From a bacterium (GTDB lineage: Bacteria; Patescibacteriota; Minisyncoccia; Sungbacterales; HO2-52-23), in contig JAUYPE010000017.1 in the NCBI GenBank assembly GCA_030697705.1, positions 5,066-69,065 on the forward strand: 64,000 nt of DNA, read 5' to 3'. The notes beneath the pieces were generated by a model. That model made no database searches. It saw nothing but the letters and a program-made list of their open reading frames with translations, and was not told the DNA's origin. The translations under genes and the position numbers were made by a program. Below, piece after piece: positions 1 through 9,774 of this stretch. Within the stretch, counting starts at the first letter, position 1; every line of letters begins with the position of its first letter.

Positions 1-1
1 T

Positions 2-373
2 TTTGATGATGTCGCAATTATTTGTGATCTAGATTATCTATTTAGCAATGACTTCAAAAATTTACTGAAAGAGGTTGGTATGGATGAGAATATTCCTCAA
101 AAATTGCGACAACATATTGAATGGACAGATTCCGGCGACCCCTCCTTAAAATATATTCTTGAAAAGATTGCCGAGAAAGGAGAGCCGCAAGATTTAGAGC
201 AGGTACTGTCTGATCTAGCGGTCAAGAGAGTTTTTGCTTTTAGAAAGGGGTCGCCGGAGATGTATTATGTAAATAATAATGGAGATAAAAATGGCTGGGT
301 TAATATTCAAAATGAAGCGGATTTGCTAGAATCAGAGTATCTAAAAGATTTGATGAATAAGATATTAACCTAG
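2..373 (+). CDS. hypothetical protein, 5'-partial (reading frame is open from the window start)
   Basis: ORF 80..373 has no in-frame stop upstream back to position 2. No recognisable motifs. Confidence 0.4.
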   Translation, partial: FDDVAIICDLDYLFSNDFKNLLKEVGMDENIPQKLRQHIEWTDSGDPSLKYILEKIAEKGEPQDLEQVLSDLAVKRVFAFRKGSPEMYYVNNNGDKNGWVNIQNEADLLESEYLKDLMNKILT

Positions 374-379
374 CTATTT

Positions 380-470
380 TGTCCGCCGAAAATTCCGTCC
401 GTCCGAGCAAGGGAATGGCGGAAGGGAGGTGTGGGGGGAATTCCGCCATTCCCTTGCAAAAAATAGAGGC
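380..470. repeat. GC-rich hairpin element (gggaatggcggaa ... ttccgccattccc), possibly a degenerate copy of the dispersed palindromic repeat family
   Basis: 13-bp perfect inverted repeat at 410-422 and 447-459. It resembles the ccgagc / ggaat and ttccgcc motifs of the elements at 8846, 47240-47425 and 49634. Confidence 0.35.
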
Positions 471-972
471 CAGCTCCGCCGCCTTGCTCGTTGAGAGCAG
501 AACCCAGCAAAAAAGTTTTCTTTTCCTTTTAGAAGAAAAAATCGGGCGCGCTCAAATCCGGAAATGCAAAGAAAACTTTTTTGTGGGGCGTGTCGGTTTC
601 CGGCACGGCGGCGGGGCGGCTTCATTGGGGGTTTTGCTCAAAGTAGGTTCGTCCAAGGTTCAGAATTTCCCACCTATATCCCCTCATTGGAAAGGAGGAT
701 CCCCTCGCAGTTGTTTAGTGCACAGATAATCAAGCGGCGGATTCAGGTATGCTCCCACGATCTGCTTGTCCCCGAATGGCAGGTAACCCCATACACATTT
801 GATATTGACCCTTATTTCAATGTATGAGGTACCTGCCGGGGCATGGTGAGCGAGGTAAAAAGAGTGGATTATGGGGCTTGACAAAAGAAATGAGGTTCGC
901 TATGTTTGGTGCGGTCATTCGGAGTTTTGGGGTAGAGGAAGTTCTTTGTAACAAATTTTAGATATAGGAGTT

Positions 973-1743
973 TTGCCCATGAAGAGGCAAGTTTTGGCTC
1001 TAGCAGTGACTATTTTAGTTCTTTCCTTGGCAAGCTCCGCGCTTGCCAATAACAGGCACAACTGTGACGGATTGCCGAGTGCCAGCCAATTACATTCGTA
1101 TCTTGTTGCTGCGGCAACGGGGACGGGTGTGAGTGGTCTGCTTGGACCGGGCACGAGTGCGGGCGGGCTCTTTGGCGGCACCCGTATGTGGGGAGCCATC
1201 GTGAATCGCGACGGGAAGCTCTGCGTGTCGGTCACCTCGACTGCAGATCCCACGCAGGTGTGGCCGGGTAGCCAAGCTATCGCGAAGGCAAAGGCCTACA
1301 CGGCGAATGCCTTTAGCGTTGATCCCTTGGCACTCTCTACTGCGCGGCTCTATCTGTTTGTCCAGCCGGGACACTCGTTGTATGGGCTGAACAACTCCAA
1401 TCCCTTTGACCCGCAATTCCTTGCGCCACCCGCAGGAGAAGGCGGGCAGAAGGGGCAGATTGGCGGCGGCGTTATAACTTTTGGTGGGGGCGTCCCGCTC
1501 TACAATGCCGCAGGTAGCATTATCGGCGGGCTCGGTGTCAGCGGAGATACTGCCTGTGCGGATCACGAGGTAGCAAAACGCGCTCGCGATTTGGCAGGTT
1601 TGAACCCGCCGGGCGGACCGCTGGCAGACGATATTGTTTACACCATCGCGGATAGTCCTCCTCCCAGCGTGTTCGGCCATCCGGTATGCCTTGGCACCTT
1701 GCGAAATGGCGTACCTATCGGCGATGAAACGCCGGCACCGTAG
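973..1743 (+). CDS. secreted GlcG/DUF336-family (heme-binding / HbpS-like) protein
   Basis: N-terminal signal peptide (MPMKRQVLALAVTILVLSLASSALA). Gly-rich DUF336-like core (ANAFSVDPLALSTARLY, GGGV..PLY..AG..IGG.GVSG). AGGAG Shine-Dalgarno 7 nt upstream. Confidence 0.55.
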   Translation: MPMKRQVLALAVTILVLSLASSALANNRHNCDGLPSASQLHSYLVAAATGTGVSGLLGPGTSAGGLFGGTRMWGAIVNRDGKLCVSVTSTADPTQVWPGSQAIAKAKAYTANAFSVDPLALSTARLYLFVQPGHSLYGLNNSNPFDPQFLAPPAGEGGQKGQIGGGVITFGGGVPLYNAAGSIIGGLGVSGDTACADHEVAKRARDLAGLNPPGGPLADDIVYTIADSPPPSVFGHPVCLGTLRNGVPIGDETPAP

Positions 1744-1783
1744 TCCTTTATTTTTTAACATCCGAAGCTCACGGATGACCACA

Positions 1784-1820
1784 GAAGCGCTCTTGATCAA
1801 AAATCAAGAGCGTTCTTTTT
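1784..1820 (+). terminator. rho-independent terminator between convergent genes
   Basis: Stem gaagcgctcttgatc / atcaagagcgttc, AAAAA loop, followed by TTTTT. Confidence 0.6.
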
Positions 1821-1898
1821 ATATCCAAAAAAAGCGGGAGAAATTTATTTTTCCGGATGAGGGATAGATAGCGTACTATCCGGTATCTCGGAGCAATA

Positions 1899-4886
1899 CT
1901 ACTCCTCCGCTTCAACGATGAAGCTCGTGGTAACGACGCGACCGGCATGTTTGAACTCGCCAAATATCTCATACAATCCTTGAGTCGGAAAGGTGAGGCG
2001 CGCCTGAATTTTCGGCCCAAATCGGTCGGGGATGAGGTGAGCGTGGTATTTCACATAGTCCTGGAACAACTGCTGGAAATAGGCGGAACCCGGTAAATAT
2101 GGCTGACCATGGGTGTGAGTAATGCGTCCCAAATCAGCACGCACTACCGCAATATGCATCGCCGCTCCAAGGTATGGTTCCAAGTCGTGAACAGGCACGC
2201 CATTCTTTTCAATTGCATAGGCCAGTTTAGCAACTTCACCAGTATTAATTTTTTTTGGAACTTCCAGCGTTACGCGGTAGCCGTCAATATCTTTTACAAG
2301 TGTGCGATCAAGATGTGTAATCGCGTCGCTGTTTTTTTCCATGCTGTTCGTACCGGATACGGATGCGTCGCCAACTTCAATGAAGGACTGCTGGGAAAGC
2401 TCGCGCCCGCCCACAACATAATCAATGAGAATGGTATAACGCCCCGCCGCGGGGAAGGTATAACGGAGCGGAAAGACAGCACTTTTTTTGATCTCCGGCG
2501 TGACGGGACCCACATCCTCGGTGTGAACGTGCGCGAATGTCTTAAGATCCTCGCCTACGATAACGAAGTGAAGAATCCTGTCGTGGTACACACCCAAATC
2601 CTCCGCTGGTCCGACAATCTGTCCGCGTTCAATCCTCCCAATACTTACCGAGAGATCTATTGGTATACCGGCAACCGGCTTGGTTGGTACGGTGGTAATG
2701 GTAACGCCGCTTTGCCGCGGGCGAGTAAAATATGCGTATTCGTTCGCATCCACAAGATGATACAGCCCGATATTGAAAGTGCATCCCGTCGTCGTATCGG
2801 CGGAGAGCGCTACACCGTCTCGAATAGGAACAGAAGGAAGCCAAAAGTTTCCATCCCTCCTGCAAATTTTTTCAAAATCGGTTCTGATGAATTGCGTATC
2901 AATGAGCCATATGCCGACCGAGAGGACGAGTGTTGTTCCTACCGCGATAAACAAAGAACGCACCACGCCTAGTACCGTCGGTGGTAGTGGTGAGGAATCT
3001 CCGCCCGCCGAGGGAGATGAACCGAGCGCAACATACGCCCCGTACCGTCCCGCACTCACGCGGTATAGCATCACGGTAATAAGAAGAACGCCGAGGGCAA
3101 TAGCAAGCAACACGATCTCAAACCAGCCAAACGAACGGGCATTCGGATCAATACGGCTCGTCGTAATGGCATCCGGATACTCAAGCGAGAATGAAGCAAT
3201 TGCGTCAAACGCCTCGGGGCGGGAGACAAAAACATCAATGCGCCACACCCCCGGCAAAGGAATCCCACTTCGTGAAAAAACATAACGCCCGGGCGCGCGC
3301 TCCTCTACCGCCACGGTCAAGGGACCAATCCCCTGCGCCTCGTTCGTGAGCTTCACGATGACGGCACCAAGCGTTGGTACCGCTCGGGTTTTTTCATCCG
3401 CAATGGCAACTAAAAATTTATCGGGTTCTATGGGATTCACGGATAAATCAATTCCTACTTCTTGGCTTGTCGCATGACGCGCAAAAGTAAACCGTTCGGG
3501 AGGCTGGGGCGGTGTCGTGATGATCAAAAAACTTGTCGCAAAAATAAGCATCACGCCAATGACGACCTCCAGTAAAAAAGTCGCGGGGAACCATTGCACC
3601 ATGCGCCTCGTACGGACAGGTGCCTGTGGAGTGTTTTGGCACGCGAGAAGCGTCGAGCGATCCGCCGCAAGTTGATGATAAAACCGCACTGCTGCAAATG
3701 CCCCGCCGAGCAGTGAAAGAATAATAAACCACTCGCCCCACGTGGAATTAAAAAGATAATGGGGGCTTTTGAGATCAAGCCAAATGATATACACGCCCGT
3801 CACTCCCGCAACACCGAAAATAACGCTCATCGCACGCGAAAATGCCGCGTAGGAAAAAGCTGTGGGAAGGAGATTTTTTATTTTTGCCAAGGTCGGTATC
3901 ACTGTGATACTGATAACCAGCAATCCTCCGATCCAAAGTTCTTTGGACAGAAGATGCACAGCGGTAATCGCAACCGAAAGCGCAGGGAAAAATGCGGTAG
4001 CCGCTGAATGGCTCACCCGGGTGCGCGAGAGAACGATAAGGAAAGCAATACCGGCAAGGAGCCACTCTTTTGACGAGATGGCGCGCGCATCGACAAATAT
4101 GCGGCGGCGGAACATAAAAAACACGAGGGTGAACATGATCGCAAGACCGCCACGGATAAGTGCATGTGTTCCGTCAAGCGTTCTTAGAAAAATGAGAAAG
4201 GTCGCAGCAAAGCCGGTTCCGCGCAATGCTCCCAAATCAAATGTTTTAAGAACAAGCAGGGTAGTGACACCTGCGAGGACGAGAAAAATGCCAAAACATA
4301 GTGAAAATGTTAAACGGCGCTGAAGGACATTGACCTCTTCATTTTTTACCATGCCACTCAAGCGATTTTTTAATGGCTTCAATATGATGACAAGCACCAA
4401 TAAAAACCCCCAGATGATGGACTGTCCTAAAAGTTCAAGCCAGAGCGCAACGGCCTGCGGAATAGTAGTAACATGTTGGACTTGAATCTGGCCCGCTGTA
4501 ACGGCAGAGATGGTTTCTTTCCCTACGGAAAAGACAAACGCGCCTTTCGAAAAGTGCCCATCATCCGCAGATGTCACCTGCCAGACAACCGTGTAGGTGC
4601 CCATACCGGCATCATGAACACTCGCTTGAAAAAAATGAGCGTCGGCCTGATCTATGCCCGCATCTTTTTCGTCAATACGTATACCGTCCGGTCCGAGCAC
4701 GGTCATGCCGCTCGCATTCGCCTCAATGCGCTCGCTGAAGTGGATGCGAACGCGAGTCGGCAGGCGTTCATGTACCACCGATGCTTGGGGCTCGTACGTA
4801 ATGGGTGTTGCATGGGCGGATGCGCTTTGTCCTCCCGCTCCAGGCGCAAGTAAAATAATGGCGGTTAAGAAGAGTTTTGATCGCAT
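1899..4886 (-). CDS. CopC-CopD fusion copper resistance/uptake membrane protein with a long C-terminal extracytoplasmic region (YtkA/FixH-like Ig-like domains, His-rich)
   Basis: Start at MRSKLFLTAIILL (signal peptide). The ORF track begins 53 codons upstream, but that part is non-homologous. CopC-like beta domain with HATP..H and MGTYTVVWQVTSADDGH. About 8-10 TM helices typical of CopD follow. C-terminal about 450 aa contain repeated HxH motifs (HVHTE, HTHG, HAHL). Confidence 0.7.
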   Translation of the reverse strand: MRSKLFLTAIILLAPGAGGQSASAHATPITYEPQASVVHERLPTRVRIHFSERIEANASGMTVLGPDGIRIDEKDAGIDQADAHFFQASVHDAGMGTYTVVWQVTSADDGHFSKGAFVFSVGKETISAVTAGQIQVQHVTTIPQAVALWLELLGQSIIWGFLLVLVIILKPLKNRLSGMVKNEEVNVLQRRLTFSLCFGIFLVLAGVTTLLVLKTFDLGALRGTGFAATFLIFLRTLDGTHALIRGGLAIMFTLVFFMFRRRIFVDARAISSKEWLLAGIAFLIVLSRTRVSHSAATAFFPALSVAITAVHLLSKELWIGGLLVISITVIPTLAKIKNLLPTAFSYAAFSRAMSVIFGVAGVTGVYIIWLDLKSPHYLFNSTWGEWFIILSLLGGAFAAVRFYHQLAADRSTLLACQNTPQAPVRTRRMVQWFPATFLLEVVIGVMLIFATSFLIITTPPQPPERFTFARHATSQEVGIDLSVNPIEPDKFLVAIADEKTRAVPTLGAVIVKLTNEAQGIGPLTVAVEERAPGRYVFSRSGIPLPGVWRIDVFVSRPEAFDAIASFSLEYPDAITTSRIDPNARSFGWFEIVLLAIALGVLLITVMLYRVSAGRYGAYVALGSSPSAGGDSSPLPPTVLGVVRSLFIAVGTTLVLSVGIWLIDTQFIRTDFEKICRRDGNFWLPSVPIRDGVALSADTTTGCTFNIGLYHLVDANEYAYFTRPRQSGVTITTVPTKPVAGIPIDLSVSIGRIERGQIVGPAEDLGVYHDRILHFVIVGEDLKTFAHVHTEDVGPVTPEIKKSAVFPLRYTFPAAGRYTILIDYVVGGRELSQQSFIEVGDASVSGTNSMEKNSDAITHLDRTLVKDIDGYRVTLEVPKKINTGEVAKLAYAIEKNGVPVHDLEPYLGAAMHIAVVRADLGRITHTHGQPYLPGSAYFQQLFQDYVKYHAHLIPDRFGPKIQARLTFPTQGLYEIFGEFKHAGRVVTTSFIVEAEE

Positions 4887-5083
4887 ATGAAGAAGATGAC
4901 AATAGCCCTTGGATAATAATTTTCGTCGCGAAATTTTATGATTTTGAGTGAGACAAAGTACAATTTCAAAACATATACGCATTATATGTTCAAAAATCCT
5001 TTGCAAAGCTGTTGCAAAGATCCAAAGCTTATACGTGCAGGACAAAGGTTATTACGCAGGGGTACTCCGGTCGTTGATTTATC

Positions 5084-5638
5084 TTAAGCTTTTTTTCGTT
5101 CCCCCCTAAAAAAAGATATGATCACAATAACCATAACCACAACTACCGCGCCCAAGAGAAAAAGGTTGATAATGCGATTTTGTGCGGCGTCAGCTGTTTT
5201 TTCTTCAGCGCCCCCTACGGTCAAGGGGAATGTTGCCTCGGCAAGCGTCTTGCCATCTTTGTCAAAACGCACTTTCATGTTATACAGCCCGCCGTAGGGA
5301 AAGGCAAAAGTCATCCCCGGCGGTACGATAGCGGAGTCTGACCCAACAATCCCCACATCAAGAACGGGCGGCATGTAGTTTGCATTCGTACCGGTTGATG
5401 TAATCGTCACCCAGACATCATCCACCGCAAGTGCTGTGGAGCGGTCTTTAGTGAAAAGCTGGAAAGCGAACTGTACGGGGGTTCCCAGAAAAATACCGCC
5501 CGTCGCATCGTAGTCCACATTGGCAATGTATTCACCAGCCGGCTTATCAAGCTGAATACCGAATCCGTTTGCCAGCACGTCTCCGACTGGCATAAAGATA
5601 AAAAGAGAAATAAAAAAAATAAAGGTGAAATATCTCAT
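5084..5638 (-). CDS. secreted Ig-like protein with C-terminal TM anchor, hypothetical (copper cluster neighbour)
   Basis: Signal peptide, beta-rich core, C-terminal hydrophobic helix followed by RGERKKA. Confidence 0.5.
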   Translation of the reverse strand: MRYFTFIFFISLFIFMPVGDVLANGFGIQLDKPAGEYIANVDYDATGGIFLGTPVQFAFQLFTKDRSTALAVDDVWVTITSTGTNANYMPPVLDVGIVGSDSAIVPPGMTFAFPYGGLYNMKVRFDKDGKTLAEATFPLTVGGAEEKTADAAQNRIINLFLLGAVVVVMVIVIISFFRGERKKA

Positions 5639-5713
5639 GAACAGTATTTTTTAGCGATACGATCCCCGTCTCCTCCATTCTAGTAGGAGACGGGGACCCC
5701 TACATGATGAATA

Positions 5714-6463
5714 CTATTCGTGCATTACGCGTGGACGAAGAAGCCACGCTACCCCGCCAAGAAGTATGCCGAAAACGCCAAGCACGATGCCAATGACGGC
5801 TTTGGAGCCAGTGCTCGCAACTTCATCTTGTGTCGTATTTTGGGCAAACTCAATTCCCTGCACTCTTTCTTCAAGCTCGGAGAAAGTCGTCTTCACCGGA
5901 GGGAAGGTACTCTCTGCCTTGGAAACCGGACAGCCGAAGCCGCTCTTCTTTGCCTTCTGGGTAACACTATCCGAGACAACTTTCTCCATCATATCATCGG
6001 AAACAGTGTCGCTTGAATTACAGCTGAAGACCAGATCAATGGGTGTGGCATTAATCGTTCCGAAGATACGAAAGGTATACGTTGTCTGAACACTGGGATA
6101 AAAAACCGCCTCATAACTGCCGGGAGTTTCCCGAACCGCCTTGAGATCCATTATTTTCTTTACACTCCCTGCACTTACCTCAACTTTGAGCGTTTTTTCA
6201 AGTTCCGTAACGGGCGCACCCTCGGCATCAGAATCCTCATCATGATGATCGGTATCTCCCCCGACTTTCTTACTCATAGATACTGCCAGAGAAAACCCGG
6301 CACGGTCATCAACCGCAACTGGCTCATTCAGAAAACCAACGGTAAAAACATACTCTTTGCCCCCGATCTGGTATACGCGATGCTCATGAGCGAGCGCGGC
6401 AACGGGTATCGCAAGGGCAAGCAGAGCTATCACAAACGAAATACCACACAAACGAGTTTTCAT
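5714..6463 (-). CDS. YcnI-like (DUF1775-type) membrane-anchored putative copper-binding protein
   Basis: Start at MKTRLCGISFVIALLALAIPVAALA. Predicted mature N-terminus is HEHRV (His at +1 as in YcnI His-brace proteins). C-terminal TM anchor. Lies next to the CopCD fusion as ycnI lies next to ycnJ in Bacillus. Confidence 0.45.
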   Translation of the reverse strand: MKTRLCGISFVIALLALAIPVAALAHEHRVYQIGGKEYVFTVGFLNEPVAVDDRAGFSLAVSMSKKVGGDTDHHDEDSDAEGAPVTELEKTLKVEVSAGSVKKIMDLKAVRETPGSYEAVFYPSVQTTYTFRIFGTINATPIDLVFSCNSSDTVSDDMMEKVVSDSVTQKAKKSGFGCPVSKAESTFPPVKTTFSELEERVQGIEFAQNTTQDEVASTGSKAVIGIVLGVFGILLGGVAWLLRPRVMHE

Positions 6464-6536
6464 AATGGAGAAAAGTGGTGAGAAGTAGTGCCCTCTTAAT
6501 AAGAGGTGGATAATGCTCATCACGCGATATTAATAA

Positions 6537-6938
6537 TCACTCCGCAAAACTCATATCATGCGACCCTTCAGCAAATAATCGGGAGTGTACAATACCGCTT
6601 GATAATGCCCTCCGCACCGGATCAAAAATCTTCGCGAAATTAGCTACCGTTTCACAAACGCGGTACAGCACCAGAAAGTATGACCGCTTGTGTGTTCTTT
6701 TCTCAAGAAAGGGCTGAAACAGTGTCGCGTGTTTGGTAATGAATGCCATCGCTAAGAGCGCTGCCCACCAGCGCCGTTCTTCGCCATGATGTGCCGCCTG
6801 CTCCTCACTTCCAAATAGTCTATCCGGGTGATGGTGATCAAAGACCGTGATATGTAAAACCAATGCAAAAAGCACCGCTAGCGCGAGAAAAAACCAGAAC
6901 AATCTTGGATGAAAATATTTTTTTAAGCGTGCTGACAT
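6537..6938 (-). CDS. small His-rich membrane protein, hypothetical
   Basis: Two hydrophobic helices with HHHPD and HHGEER motifs. Confidence 0.4.
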   Translation of the reverse strand: MSARLKKYFHPRLFWFFLALAVLFALVLHITVFDHHHPDRLFGSEEQAAHHGEERRWWAALLAMAFITKHATLFQPFLEKRTHKRSYFLVLYRVCETVANFAKIFDPVRRALSSGIVHSRLFAEGSHDMSFAE

Positions 6939-7103
6939 ATGTTTGAAAGTATACCGTACTCGGAACGGTCAATCAACATTCGCTACAACGAATAAGAAGT
7001 CAAAAAGCGGGCGCCCTATAGGGTCTTTGCTCATTCATTGTTGAGGACGTATACTGGCACACAAAGGTCGGACTTTTTTATAATGACCTATTACACTACT
7101 ACA

Positions 7104-7421
7104 ATGGAAGAACGCAAAGAAGGCGGCGGTGCCTGCGGAGGGAGTGGATGCCAGCACGGTTGTTCGGGTGCGCATGGTGGCATGTGGGACGGCGAGGGAA
7201 TGCACAAATTTTTCCTGCTCCGAATGCTGCTTCTCTTGGCAATCGTGAGTTTCGTCTTCTGGGGTGGTATGAAACTTGGCGAACTGAAAAGTTCGCTTTA
7301 TGGAGATGGTTACCGTCACAAGATATACAACAGCTATGGTTGTTATCCGCGCCAGCGCACTTTGTATTATGATGACAGTGTAATTCCTGATAACACTTAC
7401 GACGTACCCGAGGCACTGTAA
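7104..7421 (+). CDS. small Cys/Gly/His-rich membrane protein, hypothetical
   Basis: GGGACGGSGCQHGCSGAHGG N-terminus followed by one TM helix. Start uncertain (ORF track 7038). Overlapping antisense ORFs exist. Confidence 0.3.
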   Translation: MEERKEGGGACGGSGCQHGCSGAHGGMWDGEGMHKFFLLRMLLLLAIVSFVFWGGMKLGELKSSLYGDGYRHKIYNSYGCYPRQRTLYYDDSVIPDNTYDVPEAL

Positions 7422-7539
7422 TGCAATCGGCAAGAAAAATGATTCTGCGGGACATGAACAATGGGTAACCGGAACCGCAAAAAAATCCCGATGATATCAT
7501 CGGGATTTTTTTATACCCTCCTTCCTCTTTTTATAATAA

Positions 7540-8823
7540 TCAAACGCGCTTGCCAAGCTCGGCGGCGGTTTCCTGGCTTGTCTCAATATTCTCAAGAATC
7601 TCAAACGCGGATGCCTTGCCGATCGTCATTGCGCCGAGTCCCGCGGCGGCCATAGCCGCAAGTCCGCCCAGAGCAATTCCCCACCGCGGTCCTTGATGCT
7701 CCCCGATCCAACCGATAATGGGACCTCCAATTGGTGTAGAACCTAAAAATGCAACCGTCCACAACGCCATAACCCGCCCGCGCATTTCCGGTGCGCTCTC
7801 CACCTGAAGCAGAACATTGCCCAGCGAGGTAAAATTAATGGAAAAAATACCGATAAGGACGAGTGCGATGATGGCAAGTGTGTAGTTCGGCGCGATGGCT
7901 GCAAGAAGCATGGCTCCACCAAGCAGCATTGCCGCGCGTATGAGAAGGCGAGGTGAGGCGGTATGACGGCGCGCGGTAAAAAATAAACCGCCGAGCACCG
8001 ACCCCAAACCCATCGCGCCCGTCAGTGCCGCATAGCCGTGTGGTCCTGCGTGGAAGGTAAACTCCGCCAGAAGTGGCAAACTCACAATGAATTCGTACGC
8101 AAGCGTACCAATAACTGCCATCATAAGGAGTGTATTGCGCAGGAGAGGTGTTGCGGCGATATAACGGAATCCTTCCATGAGTTGACCGCGTATTCGTGTG
8201 ACGCGCGGTGGTGGACTTAATTCTCGCTCGTGCATAAGTATCAATGCTCCCAACACTCCCACGTATGAAAACGCATTGATCATAAAACACCACGCGAGCC
8301 CGACGCCCGCGATGAGGATACCGGCGATTGTCGGCCCGATGACGCGCGTAAGATTAATTTCCATGGAATTGAGCGAGACGGCATTGCCGAGCTGTTCCGT
8401 ATCCACCATTTCCAAAACGAAGGTCTGGCGCGTGGGATTATCAATTGCGTTGACCATACCGAGACAGAGTGCCAGCACGCCAACCATCCACAGCTGGACC
8501 GTATCGGTCATGACGAGAATCCCCAGAATGAGTGCTAAAATTCCCGAGAGTGATTGGGTGAAATAAAGGATTTTTCGTTTGGGAAATCTGTCCGCAATGA
8601 CCCCGCCGAACGGTCCGAAGATCAAAATGGGAAGAAATTGCAGTGCGGTGATTACACCGAGCGCCGTGCCTGAACCCGTAATTTTCAAAACCAGCCACGC
8701 CTGTCCGATTGTTTGCATCCATGTTCCGCACAACGAAACCGCCTGTCCGATGAAATACAGGCGGTAGTTGCGAACTTTGAGCGAAGAAAATGTTTGATGT
8801 CCGAACGCGATAATCCGTTGCAT
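7540..8823 (-). CDS. MFS transporter
   Basis: 12-TM layout, MFS signature GPFGGVIADRFPKRK between TM2 and TM3. Confidence 0.8.
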   Translation of the reverse strand: MQRIIAFGHQTFSSLKVRNYRLYFIGQAVSLCGTWMQTIGQAWLVLKITGSGTALGVITALQFLPILIFGPFGGVIADRFPKRKILYFTQSLSGILALILGILVMTDTVQLWMVGVLALCLGMVNAIDNPTRQTFVLEMVDTEQLGNAVSLNSMEINLTRVIGPTIAGILIAGVGLAWCFMINAFSYVGVLGALILMHERELSPPPRVTRIRGQLMEGFRYIAATPLLRNTLLMMAVIGTLAYEFIVSLPLLAEFTFHAGPHGYAALTGAMGLGSVLGGLFFTARRHTASPRLLIRAAMLLGGAMLLAAIAPNYTLAIIALVLIGIFSINFTSLGNVLLQVESAPEMRGRVMALWTVAFLGSTPIGGPIIGWIGEHQGPRWGIALGGLAAMAAAGLGAMTIGKASAFEILENIETSQETAAELGKRV

Positions 8824-8845
8824 GAAAACTAGAGCTTGTATGTTC

Positions 8846-8935
8846 TGGTCGTCATCCCGAACGAAGTGAGGGATCCCGTACGGTTTCAGTATTCTGAATG
8901 ATAACGGGATTCCTCGTTAGCACTCGGAATGACGG
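8846..8935. repeat. palindromic dispersed repeat (MITE/REP-like), unit about GTCATyCCGArnGAAGyGAGGrATCCC in inverted pair
   Basis: gtcatcccgaacgaagtgagggatcccg ... cgggattcctcgttagcactcggaatgac. Related copies at 47307-47425 and 49634-49735. Confidence 0.6.
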
Positions 8936-9003
8936 AACAGAGGTAAGCATATAAATCCTAAAAATAGTCTCTTCCATCGTAACAAAACCCATCTCTTTGC
9001 GTC

Positions 9004-9048
9004 AAAAAAAATAAAAATCCCACCGCCGCATATCGCTTGGGGTGGGAT
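9004..9048 (-). terminator. rho-independent terminator for gene 9091..9405
   Basis: On the minus strand: 9-bp stem aatcccacc / ggtgggatt, then a T-run. Confidence 0.55.
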
Positions 9049-9090
9049 TATTTCGCCTCCTTTCCCCCGCTATTTTTGCAAGAACCTTGG

Positions 9091-9405
9091 TCAGCCAGCC
9101 ACTTCATAATACTGCAGAGCACTCTGTTCCGCCTCAAGCCAGTCCTCAAGGGCATCAGCATCCTTATGCAACCTGTAAACTTTCTCGGCTTCGTTCCTTA
9201 TTTTCTCACGAAGCGGAGAATAACCGATTCCAAAAGGAGGGTGAGAGAAAGTTCCAAAGAGGTGCTCCGCCTCATACCAATTGCGATCCCTCCGACGCTT
9301 TTCTTTGTCATGCCACCTTAACCAAGCCCGCACTTGCACGAGATGACTAAACTTCTCAAGAGACACCGGTTCTCTGTACCTTATTCGACTTACCTCACCC
9401 ATGGT
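9091..9405 (-). CDS. hypothetical protein
   Basis: Start at MGEVSRIRY. The longer ORF-track start would overlap the GIY-YIG gene. Confidence 0.4.
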   Translation of the reverse strand, partial: TMGEVSRIRYREPVSLEKFSHLVQVRAWLRWHDKEKRRRDRNWYEAEHLFGTFSHPPFGIGYSPLREKIRNEAEKVYRLHKDADALEDWLEAEQSALQYYEVAG

Positions 9406-9499
9406 CAGTCTCCTCGGTTCGCAGGTTTTTCTCCTACCCTTTCCTATCTCAACGAGAGCACAAACATAGCATAAACAATTTTTTCCGTCAAACGACGGG

Positions 9500-9763
9500 T
9501 CATCCAGTCGATGGGTTTGCCCTTGCGCACAGTTCCCATTTTTGCGTCCGCGTGAGTTTTTTGAGCGCATACTCCCGCCGCATGGCTCCGCGTCGCGTGC
9601 GGCACAGTTCCGCATACCGCACGACCACCGGTCGGCGTGTTCTGGTATACCGTGCACCTGACTTCAGAGAATTATGCGCATGGAGACGCCGTGCCAAATC
9701 ATTCGTCGCGCCGACATAGAGCGTCCCGTCAGCGCACTCAAGAATATAAACGCAGTACCTCAT
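9500..9763 (-). CDS. GIY-YIG nuclease family protein (UPF0213-like)
   Basis: YCVYILECADGTLYVGATNDLARRLHAHN, canonical GIY-YIG. Confidence 0.8.
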   Translation of the reverse strand: MRYCVYILECADGTLYVGATNDLARRLHAHNSLKSGARYTRTRRPVVVRYAELCRTRRGAMRREYALKKLTRTQKWELCARANPSTG

Positions 9764-9774
9764 AGCAGTCCGTT

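Noticed and set aside
2109-2972. 287-aa plus-strand ORF, plus other ORFs of 70-250 aa overlapping 1090-5045.
   Set aside because: Antisense to, or in alternative frames of, the well-supported CopC-CopD fusion gene. High-GC DNA produces long spurious ORFs. No motifs.
7035-7500. Two minus-strand ORFs (132 and 133 aa) overlapping 7038..7421.
   Set aside because: No motifs and they overlap each other. The plus-strand Cys/Gly-rich small membrane protein is marginally more gene-like, though also low confidence.
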